A stretch of DNA of 64,000 nucleotides, from positions 19,789 through 83,788 of the forward strand of contig JAYZAY010000026.1 in the NCBI GenBank assembly GCA_036339465.1, read 5' to 3'. Origin of the DNA: Myxococcota bacterium. Lineage in GTDB: Bacteria; Myxococcota; XYA12-FULL-58-9; JABJBS01. Positions within the stretch are counted from its first letter, which is position 1. Every line of letters starts with the position of its first letter. A model generated the notes under the pieces. The model saw only the letters and a list, made by a program, of their open reading frames with translations, had not been told where the DNA came from and made no database searches. Position numbers and translations under genes: made by a program. This document shows, piece by piece, positions 20,477 through 29,949 of this stretch.

Positions 20477-21625
20477 TTACTCACAGTCTTTTTCCCCACA
20501 CAAGCCCGCCCGATTGTACCAAGCGACATGGGGTTTCATCTTTCCTGACTTAAAATCGCCAACATAGTAATATTCAAAAAGGAAATCGTTCTTGTCTGCA
20601 TCCACCGTGAAGTATTGGTAATAGCCCTTCGTCCCTTTCATGAACATCACATACCGGCCATCTGGCAAATGAATTTTTCGCGGATCTGGACAGATAGGAG
20701 AGTCATCTCTTCCAAGCTTCTCCCAATCGTAGAGATACACCCGAGAGATAACTCGGCGGAGGTCCTCGGTGGCAATCTTCGCAAAATAGGAAGCAGTTGA
20801 ATCCTTAACCGTCACTGGCTCGATAACCAAATTATCCAAACCCAATATAGGGTGGACGTAGCTCGTCTTTCCCTGCGGCATCGCATATATATCGTCGTCT
20901 TGCGCCACGGCTCCTTTTTCCGCATCAACAGCCCTAAGTTTGAGTTCCGCTGGTAATAATTCCGGGGTTGGAACAATATCAAAATGCACCGACCGGATGC
21001 CTCGAGCCCATCTAGATTTTTCTTTTTCAACCACCAAATGAAATGGATACCGTTCTTCCAAAACCCCACTGATATTACTACCAAACGAATCTTCAAAATT
21101 CGGAGGCCGCGTCAAATAAATCGGCTCTTCCGATGCACTCGGAAAAACCTTTTCGGCACAACGACGATATGGCTCAATTTCAGCTGCAATACCTTGGGCC
21201 GCGCGCCCCAAACCAAAATAGAGATATGCCAGGGCCACTTCTCGAGGAAAACAACCCGAACTCCCAGAATTGTTGCGAGGCGAACAGGTAATCGGCGTTT
21301 GCTCCAACTCTGAACTCTGCTTCTGTAGAGGAATCACCCGGGATTCCAGAATATTGCGCATATTGTCTACCAATCGGGTCCGAGTTCCAAGATCTGCGGT
21401 AATTCTCAGCACTTCATAGTATCGCTGCATTTCCGCCACAGCCAATTGCACAGCAACGATGGAGCTGAAATCTTGCCCCAACTCTGGTTTTTCTTCTGCC
21501 CCTTTTTCTCCCTCCTCTCGCACATCCTTTTCCTGGGCAAGAGCCGCCGATGGTTTGAAAACGAGTGCCACCGAAAAACCTACCACAAGGGTCACCACCA
21601 AGTTTTTGCGTAGAATAGATCTCAT
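20477..21625 (-). CDS. Hypothetical exported protein
   Basis: 382-aa ORF with signal peptide ending SAALA-QE; overlaps the upstream gene by 4 bp. Confidence 0.8.
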   Translation of the reverse strand: MRSILRKNLVVTLVVGFSVALVFKPSAALAQEKDVREEGEKGAEEKPELGQDFSSIVAVQLAVAEMQRYYEVLRITADLGTRTRLVDNMRNILESRVIPLQKQSSELEQTPITCSPRNNSGSSGCFPREVALAYLYFGLGRAAQGIAAEIEPYRRCAEKVFPSASEEPIYLTRPPNFEDSFGSNISGVLEERYPFHLVVEKEKSRWARGIRSVHFDIVPTPELLPAELKLRAVDAEKGAVAQDDDIYAMPQGKTSYVHPILGLDNLVIEPVTVKDSTASYFAKIATEDLRRVISRVYLYDWEKLGRDDSPICPDPRKIHLPDGRYVMFMKGTKGYYQYFTVDADKNDFLFEYYYVGDFKSGKMKPHVAWYNRAGLCGEKDCE

Positions 21626-23238
21626 TTTACCTGTCCTGCATCAGCGTTATCGGTTGAAGCCAATTGGCCACCACATAATTGGGGTTTAACACGGCCATCG
21701 AGTGACCTAGCATGAGTGACACTCTCTGTGGTTCCCATCGTCATCAAGAAGTCGATGTATTCCTGAACCATCACGCAATCCGAAGCACTGAAGCGCTGTG
21801 CCGAACGAACTCTCTCCCGCAGGTACAAGCCACTCGCAGTTGCCCGCTCTGTAACCCGAAGTGACTGCCGATTTAGGTGAAAAAGCCCCGAAACATATTC
21901 CTCCGGCCAACCCTCAATTAAATCCACATACAACACTTTCATGCGTTTCATGATTAAACGGTATCCCTCCTCGAGTAATCTAAGCACCACACTGCGATGT
22001 TTTTTTGAGGCGCTGAGATGATGAACCATTTTCAATAATAATCGTTCTTTCCCATTCCAATCAAAGGGCGTTATTAGTTTTTTTACCAACAACATGGTAT
22101 CTGAGTCACCCCGTTGTCCCTCTCGACAAACGAGTCGCGTAATGGCCTGACCGTAAACCAACAAGGCCTCTTCGTAGATATCGATAAATTGCGATTTTCG
22201 GTTCAAAACATATTCAGCATCATTCAGTGACTCTTTTAAAAAATCGAGTTCTTCCGAACTACCAGGAGCCACCAATCCCCGAGTTCTCGCCCTTGACACC
22301 AAAAGCCTCTCCTTGAGATGGTCGGCCACCGACTCATTCTTACCCAAAAGTTCAAGTGCCGAAGAATAATACCTAACCGCTTTTTCCAACTCAAAATGAT
22401 ACTCGTCTGAATCTGCAGCACCGCTCTCAAGACCACAAATATCATACTTCGCTGTTTCAGAATCAGGTTTCCTACTTGAATCTTCCGTCACCTCATCATT
22501 GACCTTAGACACACCAAGGGTTTCTTTACCTTTCAGTCGAGACCGGTATCTAATCACCAACTCGTTGGCACGGTCCCAAAAAACACCCAACCGCAAGTTC
22601 CCCTCATCTGCGTAACTTATTTCGAGTCTCTCCTTGGCACGTCTCACAATACGACCCATTTCTAGAACATTCGCATCATCTCCATCTTCCTGCTTGAATT
22701 TGTCGCCGAGCTTTTTATAGAGCATTATCATCATCGGCGAAGTCATCCATAAAATCCGATCTAGATTGATTCGAATCAGGGACACGAGTTCCTCCACCGT
22801 CGGCGAAACTCCTTCTGGGTCTTCTATGGGGTCCATCACGAGGAGGTCTTCAGCCCCCGTAATCAGGGTATCTGCGCGAACCAGGGCCATTAAAAAAGCT
22901 GGTTTATCTGCTTGAAATCCGGCCTTCACCAATTCCGAGAGAACCACCTGATTACAACAACGTACATTCTCAATATCCTTCGGTAAAAGAGGGGGAGTCT
23001 CAAGACAAGAGCACCGTTTCAGCTCCTCTGGAGTTTCTTTGTTTGGCTCATCACTCAAAGAGGTTGTAGCAGGTTGCGGCGCTTCTAAGTCCGTAACCTC
23101 TTCTTCTTGGATTTTCGAATTTTCTAATTCAGAAACCTCAACGGGCTGTGAGGGTGGCAATACCAACACGATCGCGACCATTGATGTAAGCGCATAATTC
23201 ATCATTTCTCTAGATATTCCTCGTAGAGTTCGTCGCAA
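21622..23238 (-). CDS. Hypothetical exported alpha-helical (TPR-like) protein
   Basis: 538-aa ORF with N-terminal hydrophobic segment and helical stretches such as LEKAVRYYSSALELL. Confidence 0.7.
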   Translation of the reverse strand: MRRTLRGISREMMNYALTSMVAIVLVLPPSQPVEVSELENSKIQEEEVTDLEAPQPATTSLSDEPNKETPEELKRCSCLETPPLLPKDIENVRCCNQVVLSELVKAGFQADKPAFLMALVRADTLITGAEDLLVMDPIEDPEGVSPTVEELVSLIRINLDRILWMTSPMMIMLYKKLGDKFKQEDGDDANVLEMGRIVRRAKERLEISYADEGNLRLGVFWDRANELVIRYRSRLKGKETLGVSKVNDEVTEDSSRKPDSETAKYDICGLESGAADSDEYHFELEKAVRYYSSALELLGKNESVADHLKERLLVSRARTRGLVAPGSSEELDFLKESLNDAEYVLNRKSQFIDIYEEALLVYGQAITRLVCREGQRGDSDTMLLVKKLITPFDWNGKERLLLKMVHHLSASKKHRSVVLRLLEEGYRLIMKRMKVLYVDLIEGWPEEYVSGLFHLNRQSLRVTERATASGLYLRERVRSAQRFSASDCVMVQEYIDFLMTMGTTESVTHARSLDGRVKPQLCGGQLASTDNADAGQVK

Positions 23239-25613
23239 TGTTTGCGCTCCTCATTACACGAATATTCGTCTTGGTCTTTACATTGTAACTCCTCAGTCCA
23301 TGGTCTACTCGCCCATGGGATAGAGTTCACCCGAAGAATAGCACTGCGGCTCTGTTCAAAAAGAGAATTGCTCGAGTGTTTTTTCAGAGCTTTAAATACG
23401 TCCAACAACACCGCACAATGAGAACGCATCAATTCCCCAGTCCCACCCACCACCTCGGTAGAAGGCAGATGTTTACCAACATCATAAGCGACCACCCGGC
23501 AAGAGTCATCTCCATCCTCTTTCATCTCCTCGCGACGCGGTCTCCAAATAGGAATTGGTTTCTTCGCTTGTTCCAGAAAAGAGTTCACCGCTGCAGTCAG
23601 AAATTTATCGACTTGTTCCCCCGCGTATAGACCATCCATTCGTGCGGCCCGGGAAAAAGAGAGGTAGAGTTCCATCCTTTCCAGAAAGTCAAAGGGTATA
23701 CGAATCAAGTTTACCATAGACAAAATTCTCTCTTTATCGCCAGACTCTAGTCTCTTTCGGATCAAGTTGGCATAAAGCAATCCATAGCGAGCTTGCGATC
23801 TGGCAATTAGACGCTGGACCTCCAATCCCTGCACCCCCGTAGGGTCCTCCACACACTCCCCATCACTGCGGTCTTTCAAAAACTCAGGCTTGGTCTGATT
23901 TAGTTCCTTGATGATGGAACGCAATTGGCCAAACGCTGTTTCTGCAACCGACTCATATCGTTGCGGATCCCCCGGCGACTTCTCCACCTCAACTGAAACC
24001 TCACCATCCACGTCGGTCTCAAAAACAAATCCAAGCGAGTATTTCACCTCGAACTCAGCTAAATTCAACCGTATTTCGCTTTTTCGGATATTGTTCTTGT
24101 CCAGTAAATCTTGCAACTGCTCTCGTCTCAAACTAGAATCCTCAGGTTCATTACCTTGACTGGAGCGCGGAGACCTATAGTCGGTAACCCCCAACATTTG
24201 AATCGCCTTCTCTAAATGCTTCCGGACACCCTCGTAAGCAATTTCGGTGATTGGCTTGTTTTCGGCGGCCATGAGTTGATTCTCCCAGCGCTCCCGCATG
24301 GATAATCCCATTAAGCGATGCGCGCCTGAAGCAAGATTCGAATCATCATAGAAAGTGGCAACCAGTGCATTTCTGGCCTGCTCGCCTGCGAGGCGACACA
24401 ATCGAATGCGTTCGTCCATGGGGGCTTCAGAGTCACACCCCTTCGCCATCATTTGCCGCACTTCTTCCGACACTCCCTGACGCTCTTGGCCCCCAAAGGA
24501 CTCCCGGGGCTTTATACCCAGTAGTGCGAGATGATCCGCAACAATTCGAACTAAGGGAATCAACTCATCCAAAGGCTTCACAAATCTAGAATTTCTCTCC
24601 GTAGAATATCTCGCCGCAGTCACAATCATCATCTGCAAGAGCTTTCCGTGCCACACCAAATATCGAAGTGGTTCTTCATACCTCTGAAGGTCTTTCACCG
24701 TGGCTTTGACCCAATTCCGTGATTGAGTTAAGGCACCCCCTTTGCTGAATGCCGCCTCAACATCGCCGCATTTCCGGCGTAAGGCTGCCTGTTGGGTTTG
24801 AAACTTAATGACTTCACCCTGTAGTTTCCTAGACATCCCCCCCTGCGCTCGCATAACCGCATTCAATTGAGCGCCCCAGGCCATCAATGCTTTTTTTTCG
24901 TCCAAACAAACCTGAACCTTGGGACCCAATTTCTTGGATTCCCGTTCAAAGTCGCGGTAGTCGACCCGAACCCCTTTCCAAGTGTCGCGAACTTGCTTCT
25001 TCATTTGCCCTAAGTAGTGGGTCGGATAGGTTGTGCCCTCTATATTCAGAGGGTCCTTTAGCTTAGCTAAGACAGTTCGACGATTGTCACCAAACTTTCC
25101 GGACAGTGCTTCGAACATGTCCCTGCAGCCCTCTATTTCCAGAGCCCAAGCACGTGAACTGGGCGTTTTTTGCCAACCATAAGCTACTTTTGCTCGCCCC
25201 AAGAGATACCGCGCTTCGCCTCCACGACGGCTCCTAACTGCTCTTTTTAAAAGCGACAAAGACTTCATCAGATCAGCCTGTGCTCCAGTCTTCTCAAAAC
25301 GCCACAAATAGAGTTTACCTAAGATATATTCGATATTCCTCTGGGCATCGACCAATTGAAGCTTTCCACATCCCAGACGGTAGGGGTCATACCTCAAGAG
25401 TTCGTCGTAAAGCCGTTGAGCTGGCTCAAAGAATTCATCCAAAGGTGCTCCGGAATTCATATCCAGGTCAAAATCAAGATCCTCTGTGCGTTCAAACACA
25501 GCGCATTTTTCTCCGGCCCAAACTGGTGTATTATCAACAAAAAACACCGCAAGCATCAGTGTCATCACCCAGGCTCTGTGGGAGCTTCGGTCTCTTGGCA
25601 CTTGCGATCTCAT
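23202..25613 (-). CDS. Hypothetical exported alpha-helical (TPR-like) protein
   Basis: 803-aa ORF with signal-like N-terminus (PVWA-G) and TPR-like YILGKLY...ARYLLGRAK segments. Confidence 0.75.
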   Translation of the reverse strand: MRSQVPRDRSSHRAWVMTLMLAVFFVDNTPVWAGEKCAVFERTEDLDFDLDMNSGAPLDEFFEPAQRLYDELLRYDPYRLGCGKLQLVDAQRNIEYILGKLYLWRFEKTGAQADLMKSLSLLKRAVRSRRGGEARYLLGRAKVAYGWQKTPSSRAWALEIEGCRDMFEALSGKFGDNRRTVLAKLKDPLNIEGTTYPTHYLGQMKKQVRDTWKGVRVDYRDFERESKKLGPKVQVCLDEKKALMAWGAQLNAVMRAQGGMSRKLQGEVIKFQTQQAALRRKCGDVEAAFSKGGALTQSRNWVKATVKDLQRYEEPLRYLVWHGKLLQMMIVTAARYSTERNSRFVKPLDELIPLVRIVADHLALLGIKPRESFGGQERQGVSEEVRQMMAKGCDSEAPMDERIRLCRLAGEQARNALVATFYDDSNLASGAHRLMGLSMRERWENQLMAAENKPITEIAYEGVRKHLEKAIQMLGVTDYRSPRSSQGNEPEDSSLRREQLQDLLDKNNIRKSEIRLNLAEFEVKYSLGFVFETDVDGEVSVEVEKSPGDPQRYESVAETAFGQLRSIIKELNQTKPEFLKDRSDGECVEDPTGVQGLEVQRLIARSQARYGLLYANLIRKRLESGDKERILSMVNLIRIPFDFLERMELYLSFSRAARMDGLYAGEQVDKFLTAAVNSFLEQAKKPIPIWRPRREEMKEDGDDSCRVVAYDVGKHLPSTEVVGGTGELMRSHCAVLLDVFKALKKHSSNSLFEQSRSAILRVNSIPWASRPWTEELQCKDQDEYSCNEERKHCDELYEEYLEK

Positions 25614-25614
25614 A

Positions 25615-26202
25615 TTAGAACCCCGTTGCCCTAACCCGCGTCTTCACCACTGGCCCTGAGGGAGTCGGGGGAGGTGGCGCAAATTTGGCTTTCCCCTGAA
25701 CACCAATTGGCTTTGCCTGGGAGGTAAGTAATCGACTTAGGTCCAACATGGGTGGTTTCTTTTTCTTCTTAAATTCCTCTTCCCCCTCTCCTTGTTCTTC
25801 GGTGGTGTCCTCTGGTTCTTCATCGGGTTCATCGGGTTCATCGGTGTCTGTCATGTCATCTAAGCAAGTGTCGCAAACACAAATTAAAACATCTTCGGTT
25901 GAAACCGAGAGCTGGATACGATTCATTTGGGGTGGGCCGGGAATACCCATAAATAAAAGACAGGCCAAAATAGAAACAGCCATACTGGCGTAGGTCCCAT
26001 ACTTGGTCAAAAATGTTTTGATGGGACTTTGGCGTCTCCGGATCCAGCGATAATCAAAGGACTTTGCACGGCGGTCCTTGCCCGAACGACGGTCGGTACC
26101 GCTCCGCCGTTCAGTTTCTACTGCGACCTCTTCTTTGCGCCGCTCTTGTTCACTTCTTCGATCAGTCTCCTCTTTATTCCTCGTTAATTTCTTATCAGTC
26201 AT
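25615..26202 (-). CDS. Single-pass membrane protein with ERR/DRR repeats and acidic/Pro-rich periplasmic region (TonB-like architecture)
   Basis: N-terminal DRR..ERR..ERRSGTDRRSGKDRR, one TM, then CVCDTC, DEPDEPDEEPED and PPPPTP. Confidence 0.65.
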   Translation of the reverse strand: MTDKKLTRNKEETDRRSEQERRKEEVAVETERRSGTDRRSGKDRRAKSFDYRWIRRRQSPIKTFLTKYGTYASMAVSILACLLFMGIPGPPQMNRIQLSVSTEDVLICVCDTCLDDMTDTDEPDEPDEEPEDTTEEQGEGEEEFKKKKKPPMLDLSRLLTSQAKPIGVQGKAKFAPPPPTPSGPVVKTRVRATGF

Positions 26203-26204
26203 CG

Positions 26205-27500
26205 TTAGGACTCCTGAGAAATTTTATGAGTGCGGTAAAGGCAACTGCCACCGAATTTTTCTAGAATATCGGTAGGCAATCGATATTCGGCCATCGCAAA
26301 TCCAGAAACCAATCGATAGGCCCCCACGTATCCTTCAACCAAGGGAACCATCGTAATATCACAATCTGCACCACGTCTTATAAAAGGAACCGCGACCAAG
26401 CCGCGCCCCACATAGAGCCCAATGTAATCAGCGGTTGTCTTTTCCCTTAAATAGGGATTGTCTCGAATTAAATTGGGTTGCCCTCCAGAACGCATATTAC
26501 GTTCATCATAACGCATTCGAACCACCAAATCGCCAAAACGAAGATCCCGCGAAGAGACGATCCGTCTTAATGCGTTGTTTTCAAGCCAAGTCACCAACTC
26601 GTGCATTCGAATCGTTGCCTTGGGTCCGAAATCAGCTGCGGCACTGGGATAGAGCTTTCGAAAAAGGTTCGCGGAGTTGTCGTGTTCACTATACTGATAC
26701 GCCAACAACAACCGGGTAGCGCTTTTGTCCAACAACCCAGGCAAACCGTCTCTGTAAATCTTCGGTAAATCAGCCGGAGAAACGTCGTCTGACATTTTCC
26801 CGAAAGAACCCTCCGCCCCACCTTCCAGGGCAATGTCGGCCTTATTTTTTGGCGCTTTTTTCACTTCCACAGAAGCCAGAGGTTCAACGGGAGCAGGTGG
26901 AACCTCTTCTAATAGCGCAGCAGAGGAAATTGATTCGGAGAGTCGGACCTGAGGAAATTGCGTGACCAAGCTTGCCAGTTGAAGAGATTCAAAATCAACA
27001 CCACAAGCCTGAATTTTCCAGCAACTAACCAAGTCACCGCGAAAGGCCCGATTATTGGAATTTTTGCATATGGGCATGTGTAATGCGTTGGACGTCGATG
27101 TCTGCGTCACTTCGAGAATACACGGTTGCATCGATTGAGTAATTTCAACCAACACAGAATAACTTACCGCCTGACATTCGTGATCCGCTGGCAAAAAGAG
27201 ATGCTGGTGCTTGTTTGTTGCATCATTGGAAATCTGTAAATCCCCTGCGAGGCTGAGTACCCGACGAATCTCTACGGTTTGCCCTGCATCACCCTCATCC
27301 CCTGGTAATTGGGCATGGATCTTGGTCGTTTCAAGAGCATCGAGAAATCGACCAAACTCTTCTTTCTGCAAAGCAAAACAAAAAGAAGGTTCAAACCCCC
27401 TAAGATTCAACTCAGAACATCCAGAGGGGAGTGTCAAAAGGAAAAGCAAAGTCATAGACAGGGCCCACGACAGTCCTTGGCCTGTGAATAACGACATCAC
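26205..27500 (-). CDS. Lipoprotein with C-terminal degenerate NlpC/P60-like domain
   Basis: Lipobox LPSG-C. C-terminal HDNSANLFRKLY...SRDLRFGDLVV...DYIGLYVGRG...YVGAYRL follows the NlpC/P60 motif order. Confidence 0.6.
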   Translation of the reverse strand: MMSLFTGQGLSWALSMTLLFLLTLPSGCSELNLRGFEPSFCFALQKEEFGRFLDALETTKIHAQLPGDEGDAGQTVEIRRVLSLAGDLQISNDATNKHQHLFLPADHECQAVSYSVLVEITQSMQPCILEVTQTSTSNALHMPICKNSNNRAFRGDLVSCWKIQACGVDFESLQLASLVTQFPQVRLSESISSAALLEEVPPAPVEPLASVEVKKAPKNKADIALEGGAEGSFGKMSDDVSPADLPKIYRDGLPGLLDKSATRLLLAYQYSEHDNSANLFRKLYPSAAADFGPKATIRMHELVTWLENNALRRIVSSRDLRFGDLVVRMRYDERNMRSGGQPNLIRDNPYLREKTTADYIGLYVGRGLVAVPFIRRGADCDITMVPLVEGYVGAYRLVSGFAMAEYRLPTDILEKFGGSCLYRTHKISQES

Positions 27501-27512
27501 GTGCTCACTTCA

Positions 27513-28571
27513 TCAAAATAGATAGTCAAGAATCAAAACTGTTCCCAATCCAATCATACCGAGAATCAGAGACCACGCAAATAACCCCAGATCCAAGAGA
27601 CGATGCACCATTCCCAGGCGGTGGTTTTGAATGAACCGGTCGTAATCAAGTCGTATCACCTGAGCCAAAAAGCTATGAATCGTGTCCGATAATATAGGGG
27701 CTTGTTCCGAAAATTCTAAGCCGTATTTGTAGGCGCGCCCCCCGCTCAATCCCTCCCGTTGGGTAATCACGGATTCGATTCGAAAGGTCTGTGAAATTGA
27801 CTTCAAACCCATGACTAATTTTATCTTTTGCCCAAGTTCAAACACCTCATTGTGGTGAATAGAGATACCTTCTGCGGATAGATTGTACACATAAACGTCG
27901 TGAATGGAGCTGGAATCTTCGATATAACATTGTACGATCTCGTGAATGTTAAAGCCACTTAGACAGGTACCTCTCCGTAATTTCTCGTTTTTGACGCAGC
28001 TTTTTGTAACTGCGAGTTCCGAACGCATCAACGCACTGATGGCTTTGGCCTGCTCGATGGAAATACCCGCAAAGAAAAGCCCCAGTTCCTGGAGTTGCCC
28101 TCCTAAGATCGATGAAATGGGTCCACCACAGTGGGAGCATGTCGGTGCGTGGCGATCCACGGTTTGTCGTATGAGCTTTCGATACCCGGTATCGGCGAGA
28201 ACCAAGGTGGTACAATCCTCCCCCGTCCAATACCCCGTGGCTGCGCAATCGGAGCACGCCAAAAATTCAAGCTTCGCACCCTCAACCAACGTCCCATCCG
28301 TGGTATTTCGGCGAATTACAAAGGCCGAGAGTCGCAAGGTTTCACGTCCCTCCTGGCAAAGCTCCGCACAAACAACATCCCCCACAGCGTAGGGAATAGA
28401 GGAAAAAACTCGGCAGCCACCCATGGACAAATCGCCTAAAAACTCCTCAAAACCACCGTTCTTATGGCAAAGACGAATGGGCTGGTTCAGTTCTACGCGG
28501 TGATAGCGACGATGCTCCCCCCCATCGACCCAATCGGGCGCCATCAAAGTCGAACCGTGTCCCCCCATCAT
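27513..28571 (-). CDS. Membrane-anchored double-PilZ domain protein with inserted Zn-ribbon
   Basis: PilZ1 has RRYHR and DLSMGG; CSDC...CSHC is inserted; PilZ2 has NLSAEG; C-terminal TM helix. Confidence 0.8.
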   Translation of the reverse strand: MMGGHGSTLMAPDWVDGGEHRRYHRVELNQPIRLCHKNGGFEEFLGDLSMGGCRVFSSIPYAVGDVVCAELCQEGRETLRLSAFVIRRNTTDGTLVEGAKLEFLACSDCAATGYWTGEDCTTLVLADTGYRKLIRQTVDRHAPTCSHCGGPISSILGGQLQELGLFFAGISIEQAKAISALMRSELAVTKSCVKNEKLRRGTCLSGFNIHEIVQCYIEDSSSIHDVYVYNLSAEGISIHHNEVFELGQKIKLVMGLKSISQTFRIESVITQREGLSGGRAYKYGLEFSEQAPILSDTIHSFLAQVIRLDYDRFIQNHRLGMVHRLLDLGLFAWSLILGMIGLGTVLILDYLF

Positions 28572-29196
28572 TTAGAATGCCCCGGGAAATCAATCGTCAT
28601 GACATCGAACCCATGATGCAGTGCTCCCATCAAGATGACCAATCTTTTGAGGTCCACCAAAGGTGGCTCTAGGCTCCATAAAGATCCACAAGACAACCAG
28701 CGAATCGTCACGCCCAAACTCTAGCAGGGTTCCCATATGAAAAACAAAAATCCGAGTATCCAGACGCGTTCTATCCACAATCTATGGCAGTCTCGGCGGC
28801 TTAGGGCCCAATGCTCAACCATCAAAATCCAGATGACCGCCGACCGGTACAAAAGAAACGAAATAGGTTGGCTGGAGGGGGATTAAAATGAGTGGCCTCC
28901 AAAGAAGGAAATAGCGTCAAATTATCAGACCTCTCCTTTATTTCACCAAGCGGATTTCACTGGCCAGCCCTGCGATGTTGCTGTATCGGGAGATCAAGCC
29001 ACCAGGTCACCAACGTAGGAACCAAGAGCGTGTTTGATTTCAATAAAGTGAATACGAGCCTGATTAACAAGAAATCGGGTTCCATCAAGCGCCGTGGAAA
29101 TAACCTCGTGCTGGGCGGCGGCTTCCCACCCAGCCCCAAAAAGAGCAGGACTCCCCCCCCTTCCTCCTATCTCCGATCCTGCGGTACCCCTAGAGC

Positions 29197-29634
29197 ATGA
29201 CCCACTCTCAACCCATATTGTTCAAGCGAGACCCAACCACCAAATCCCGGTTAACCACCACCATGATCATACTCGCGTTGATAAGCCTCTTCTTTATCAA
29301 TCAGAGTCGCCACGATAGTCTGCTACCCCCGCTCTTTGTGGGGATATTACTTCTCTCAACCATGGTGTTCATACGCCTCTCCAAACGAAGTCAACAGCAC
29401 TATATCCAAATTCATTCTAATTCCATGCTTGTTTATCGGTCGATCCTTTGGAGTCCCGATATTTATGACATCTCTGATTTTAGAGAAGTTCGACGGCGAA
29501 ACTCTATCTTCCACCAAAAACGACCGCTGGTCATTTCCCTAAAAAACGGCCGAAAAATCCATTTGAGTCACTGGTGGCTCACAGAGGATGACCTGAATCG
29601 CCTTAAGAAGGTCTTAGAACGACGCATTTCTTAG
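29197..29634 (+). CDS. Hypothetical membrane protein (two TM helices plus small soluble domain)
   Basis: 145-aa ORF with two hydrophobic segments. Confidence 0.6.
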   Translation: MTHSQPILFKRDPTTKSRLTTTMIILALISLFFINQSRHDSLLPPLFVGILLLSTMVFIRLSKRSQQHYIQIHSNSMLVYRSILWSPDIYDISDFREVRRRNSIFHQKRPLVISLKNGRKIHLSHWWLTEDDLNRLKKVLERRIS

Positions 29635-29949
29635 GGCCATTCCAGATGACAGCCCCACGCAATTTTCATTAAACAGGCCCCGCTTATTACCCTGTCGAAA
29701 TATCCGTCACCGATTGGTAAAAATTGATAAGCACGACAATGCGTATCTATTTGACAACAATCTCAACATCCCTACTTCCCCACTTTGTTTTTGGGTGATT
29801 TCAGTTCACCCCAATGGTGCCCCCAACAGCGCCCACAAACATTCAGCATCCACCCTAGATTTTCTGGCATTCAAAAATCGATAAAAAAAGAATACGACTA
29901 AAAGTATCGTAGCAACGACAATCATCTTGGCAACAGCAACATCTCTCCA

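Noticed and set aside
28572..29196. Intergenic region with a poly-C tract (~29153-29160) and short ORFs; possible ncRNA or phase-variable promoter of the large operon
   Set aside because: No recognisable tRNA, riboswitch or promoter consensus could be supported by eye.
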